NCBI GenBank assembly: GCA_048941285.1
Contig: JBHLNS010000006.1
Location: 42,338 to 106,337 of the forward strand
DNA from: Promethearchaeota archaeon
GTDB lineage: Archaea; Asgardarchaeota; Lokiarchaeia; Sigyniarchaeales; SOKP01
Direction: 5' to 3'
DNA: 64,000 bases
Shown: in pieces, positions 60,011-64,000 of the stretch
Layout of the letters: every line of letters starts with the position of its first letter
Numbering within the stretch: the stretch's first letter is position 1
Position numbers and translations under genes: made by a program
The notes under the pieces: generated by a model
Database searches by the model: none
Seen by the model: the letters and a program-made list of their open reading frames with translations, nothing else
Told to the model about the DNA's origin: nothing

Positions 60011-62104
60011 TCAAATATTAATTAATGGTTTTTCATATTTAGCTCGGCTAATTCCAGTAGATAAATCCTTTTCTACAATTATTTTAGAAGTAGATATATC
60101 AGGTGGGATTAATGTATGAGTAATCAGAAAAATTTGTGAAAAAGATTTAGATTTTATTAAATGCTTGAGTATTCTTTCTCTACGTATTTCATCTAATGCA
60201 GCTAAAGGTTCATCCAATAATAAGAAATCAATTTTTGGATTTTTTCTTGGTGATTCTTTTGTTGGTCTAATCGAACTCATTAATTCTGATATTGCGAGAC
60301 GTAAAGCAACTCCCAAAGCAGTACGATCTCCCCCCGAAAGAACATCAGTAGACTCATATTCCCCATTAAAATTGTCTTTAATTCTTAGAGATAAGCCGGT
60401 TTTTTTAGTCCCACTTAAATCCAATAATAAATCACTATATTGACCTGAAGTAAAATCTTTTATGTATTTTTCTGTGCTTAAAGCAATATTTTTAACTAAT
60501 CGCTTTACAACCATATACTCTGTTACAAATCTACGCACAAATTCTTTTGCTTTTGTAATATGTTCAAGATCTATTTCATGTTGATTAATACTTTTTTCTA
60601 ATTCTGTCATTTTTTGAATTTCATTGTATAATTTTTCTCGTTCCTTTAAATTATTTTGAAACTTCAATTGTTTTTCATTCAATTCATTCTTAATTGAATT
60701 TAATTCAGTAGATGCTTTTCCTTTTTCTACCTCTAATTTTTTAATGCCGTCTATACTTGAATCTTTAAATTTATCTCCGTGTTGAGAAAGGAAAATTTTT
60801 AAATCGCTTTCAAATTTCCTTAAATCTAATTCATATTTCTTATAATTTTCGAAGTCTTCTTTAAGATTTTGGTGAATAATTATCATCTCTTTAACTTCAT
60901 CCAATCTAAATTGAATTAATTTTATTTTTTCATCAAAATCTGTTAGAATTTTTGAGATATCATCAACTTTTTTTTTGTTAATTTTTAGTTCATCAGTAAA
61001 TTGTTTAATAATATCATCATAGTGTTCTTTTGTTAATTCACTTTGACAGGTAGGGCATTGAGCTAACTCCTTACCCCCTCCTTTGTCTGTAAATTTTAGA
61101 CTAGTTTCCATTTTTTTGACACTTTTTTTAATATCTTCAATTCGACCCTTGGTTTTACCCAATCCTTTGAAAGTAGCGTCTCTCTTTTTTGCTAAATCTT
61201 CTTTATTTGTTTGGATTTCTTTTTTATTAGAAATTAGCGTTTTAATTTTATTAATTATAGTCTCTTGAGAATCAAAATCTACTAAATTTAAATTTGTCTT
61301 TTTTAACTTAAGAGTGAAATCATCATAATAAGATTGGAATTTGTCTTTGGTTGAGTTATATTGATTATATAACTTTTCTAACTCAGAAATTAATTCATTC
61401 GATGGGAAATTCTCAATTCTTTTTGTTAAATTATCAAATTTCTTCTTTTTGTCTAATATCTCTTCCTCTAATAGAGTATTTTCATTTTCAACATTTTCAA
61501 TATCTTCTTTAATTCTCTTTAAAGGGACTCTAGTTTTTTCGAGATTTTCTTTTTCCTGTTTTTTAACTTTAAATTCAGCGTCTAAAAAGGAAAGAGCATC
61601 ATCAATAATATTTAATCTAAATAAATCAATAATCAGTTCTCTTAGTTCAGCTCCTTTTTTATTTGCAAGTTCTTCTACTTCACCTTGTCTCACGAAAACT
61701 GTACTTGTTGCTTGCTCAGAAGATATTTCGAAAAATTCTTCAATATTAAACCTCTTTACTTCGCGATATACATTATTAACTAAATTCCACTCAAATAATT
61801 TAGTAGTAATACTGCTAGTCCTACCCCATTTCCGATAAATATAGTATTTTATTTTATCAAGAGTAAAATGTATATAAACCTCCGCTTTATCTTCCCCATA
61901 AGTTATGAAGGAAGCAGCATTTCGCCCGCGAAAAATTTTTGGTCCAAAGAAAGCAAAGAGAATTCCTTCTAGAATTGAAGATTTTCCATAAGAATTTTTC
62001 CCACTTATTAAAATTAAACTTTCAGGAAATTCATCAGTTCTTTCTGGCAAATTCAATTGTTTATAGCCCATGAAATTTTTAAATATGATTTTCGTAATAT
62101 GCAT
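60011..62104 (-). CDS. rad50: Rad50/SbcC SMC-like ATPase
   Basis: GKNSYGKSS Walker A, VRQGE Q-loop, CPTC zinc hook, LSGGD, LLDEP, ITH. Confidence 0.92.
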   Translation of the reverse strand: MHITKIIFKNFMGYKQLNLPERTDEFPESLILISGKNSYGKSSILEGILFAFFGPKIFRGRNAASFITYGEDKAEVYIHFTLDKIKYYIYRKWGRTSSITTKLFEWNLVNNVYREVKRFNIEEFFEISSEQATSTVFVRQGEVEELANKKGAELRELIIDLFRLNIIDDALSFLDAEFKVKKQEKENLEKTRVPLKRIKEDIENVENENTLLEEEILDKKKKFDNLTKRIENFPSNELISELEKLYNQYNSTKDKFQSYYDDFTLKLKKTNLNLVDFDSQETIINKIKTLISNKKEIQTNKEDLAKKRDATFKGLGKTKGRIEDIKKSVKKMETSLKFTDKGGGKELAQCPTCQSELTKEHYDDIIKQFTDELKINKKKVDDISKILTDFDEKIKLIQFRLDEVKEMIIIHQNLKEDFENYKKYELDLRKFESDLKIFLSQHGDKFKDSSIDGIKKLEVEKGKASTELNSIKNELNEKQLKFQNNLKEREKLYNEIQKMTELEKSINQHEIDLEHITKAKEFVRRFVTEYMVVKRLVKNIALSTEKYIKDFTSGQYSDLLLDLSGTKKTGLSLRIKDNFNGEYESTDVLSGGDRTALGVALRLAISELMSSIRPTKESPRKNPKIDFLLLDEPLAALDEIRRERILKHLIKSKSFSQIFLITHTLIPPDISTSKIIVEKDLSTGISRAKYEKPLINI

Positions 62105-62110
62105 TACAAT

Positions 62111-63418
62111 CTAAACCTCTTTTTCTTTCTCCATTATTCTTAAGGCTTTTTTTATTGCTTTCATCCCAAATTCAGTTAACTTATCTAAATCATAGTGAGT
62201 TTTATCTTCACTTAATTTCTCCTGCACAAATTCTTTAAATTCATCATCAGGTTTTTCAAGTATATAATCTTGGACAACTCCTGGACTAGTATCACTCTCA
62301 AACGTCTCTGAAATGTCAGATATTTTCCAAATCAATTGCAAAATATTATATTTTTCAGGCTGAGAAAAGCAATTTCTACGCATTTTTAACATTATATCAT
62401 TTATTTGCCAAGTCTTTTCAAATGTCATTTCACCGTAAAAATTTAGTTTTAACCTAGCAGATGTTTCTGAATTAAAACCTTCTTTTGTTATATATTTGTT
62501 TAATTCTTTTTCAATCCATCTTTCTAAATCTGAAGATGACTCTTCGGGATTGGTTTCATGCGAAATCAATTCAAATGGGCGATTCAAGAATTTATCAGTA
62601 AAAATTCTCTCAATATTTAAATCCTTTGTCTTATCATCAATTTCAACAACTAAATAGGTTTGGTTTTCAAACTTCTCTTTGAAATTCATAGGTAATAAAC
62701 ATCCTGAGTAAAAATGATTTCTTGAAATGGATTTAAAACCATGTTCATGTCCTAGAGCTACGTAATCATAGCCAAAATCATCAGAATTTACCTTACTATG
62801 TAATGTTTCATCACTTATAGAACCGTGAGCTATAGCAATATTGACATAATCATTATCTTTTGGTTGCTGCTTATGTATCCAATTATCATATGCATTTGCA
62901 TAAATTTCATGACTTTTAAATTCAAAATAAGGAAATAAATAAAATCTTACCTTCTTGTCAGGAAATTCTAACAACAATGGATTACTTGCCTTAATTGCTT
63001 CTAGCAAATCTCTTTCTTTAAAATAATATAAATTTGGATATTGATCTTTAATGATATGTGATTCAAATGGAGTATACTCATATCCTCTAAAAATGCCATG
63101 ATTTCCTTCAATATATATAAATGGAACTTGATTATTTGTTTTTTCAAAAAAGAGCTGTAAACCATTTTTTAATGCTCTTCTTGCTGGTTCAGGAGGGGGA
63201 TAGGAGCTATACTTTGAAGGATGATGAAAGATATCTCCACAATGTACTAAGAAATCTATATCATTGATATTTGAGATATCATCCATTATATTAAGAAAAC
63301 AATCATAAATTTCTTGTTCAAAGGGTTTTGAATAATTTTCGATCGCCCATTTATTTATTGTACCTCTTCTAGGGCGATATCCTAGATGAGTATCTGCCAT
63401 ATGGATGATCTTAACCAA
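62111..63418 (-). CDS. mre11: Mre11/SbcD nuclease
   Basis: ADTHLG, GDIFH, GNH, AHG, YVALGHEH, YSG. Confidence 0.9.
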   Translation of the reverse strand: MVKIIHMADTHLGYRPRRGTINKWAIENYSKPFEQEIYDCFLNIMDDISNINDIDFLVHCGDIFHHPSKYSSYPPPEPARRALKNGLQLFFEKTNNQVPFIYIEGNHGIFRGYEYTPFESHIIKDQYPNLYYFKERDLLEAIKASNPLLLEFPDKKVRFYLFPYFEFKSHEIYANAYDNWIHKQQPKDNDYVNIAIAHGSISDETLHSKVNSDDFGYDYVALGHEHGFKSISRNHFYSGCLLPMNFKEKFENQTYLVVEIDDKTKDLNIERIFTDKFLNRPFELISHETNPEESSSDLERWIEKELNKYITKEGFNSETSARLKLNFYGEMTFEKTWQINDIMLKMRRNCFSQPEKYNILQLIWKISDISETFESDTSPGVVQDYILEKPDDEFKEFVQEKLSEDKTHYDLDKLTEFGMKAIKKALRIMEKEKEV

Positions 63419-63462
63419 ATTTTTTCCCTCTATTTAATGATTTATAATAAATTATTATAATA

Positions 63463-64000
63463 TTATTCACCTAACACCTTTTTCCTCCATTCTTGTGCAT
63501 AATTTTTAGTTTTTTTGTTGAATTGGAGCTCCAAAAAAGCACTTTCTAATTTGTTATATTCTGAGACAAGTAATGTGCTAGCTTCATGTGCACCACTTAA
63601 ACTCAATGGATATCCTCTTGGAGAATAAGGGATTAAATTTTTTAAAACGTAGATGGCGTCTTTTGTATCTAAATAGTCACAAACATCAAATCTAAGAGCT
63701 GAACTATTTTGTTGCAATTTAGTAATATATGCTTTACTTTTAGTATATATTGAAAGATCTGGTAATTCAACTAAAAAATTTTTATCATTTAAGATCTCTG
63801 CCCATATTGGTAATATAAAATTACCTTGGGCATCTCGAAGACGACATGTTTTTGAAAAACTATAATATTTTATATCAAAAGTTTCAATAAATCTATAAAA
63901 GAATTCAGTAAAAGCACCAGGTGGAAATATATGTTGACGAAACATTTGTATTCCATCACCAAGCAAGACAACATTACTCTTTTTTCCCCAATTACTTTCA
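63463..64000 (-). CDS. nurA: NurA-family nuclease, 5'-truncated by window edge
   Basis: VLLGDG, SK, GYPLSL..AH; frame open to window end; upstream of mre11-rad50. Confidence 0.75.
   Translation of the reverse strand, partial: ESNWGKKSNVVLLGDGIQMFRQHIFPPGAFTEFFYRFIETFDIKYYSFSKTCRLRDAQGNFILPIWAEILNDKNFLVELPDLSIYTKSKAYITKLQQNSSALRFDVCDYLDTKDAIYVLKNLIPYSPRGYPLSLSGAHEASTLLVSEYNKLESAFLELQFNKKTKNYAQEWRKKVLGE

Noticed and set aside
317-61838. Many short ORF-track calls overlapping real genes (e.g. 2553-2813, 13580-13894, 33044-32688, 61449-61838)
   Set aside because: Antisense or out-of-frame shadows of well-supported genes, with no motifs of their own

Overview
AT-rich archaeal chromosomal segment, most consistent with an Asgard (Lokiarchaeia-type) archaeon. 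The taxonomy is inferred from Alba, a short histone-fold protein, a NurA-Mre11-Rad50 operon, an archaeal thiolase+DUF35 pair, a Sec11 signal peptidase, a roadblock-like protein, and TATA-like promoters with GGTGA/GGAGG Shine-Dalgarno (SD) sites. Most genes serve anaerobic acyl-CoA metabolism: Bcd-EtfAB with a ferredoxin-fused EtfA, a 2-hydroxyacyl-CoA dehydratase and its activator, a GctAB-type CoA-transferase, a B12 acyl-CoA mutase with MeaB and CobO, and a truncated ACS-like protein with CooC. The rest are transporters and housekeeping genes. No rRNA, tRNA, CRISPR array or intact mobile element was seen. The most unusual items are: (1) a 12.3-15.6 kb locus with two divergently transcribed paralogous ~220-aa three-helix proteins carrying a strict Ala heptad stripe (BAR- or ESCRT-III/PspA-like candidates), an unannotated 57-aa acidic DDWD peptide, an RHH regulator and a roadblock-coiled-coil protein; (2) several genes that appear to start at ATA/ATT; (3) a MurL-like PP-loop enzyme + ATP-grasp + GNAT + PLP enzyme + MFS cluster; (4) an acyl-CoA mutase with non-canonical active-site residues; (5) a candidate promoter-driven structured ncRNA at ~1832-1934. 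All family assignments come from motif recognition by eye; no searches were run.
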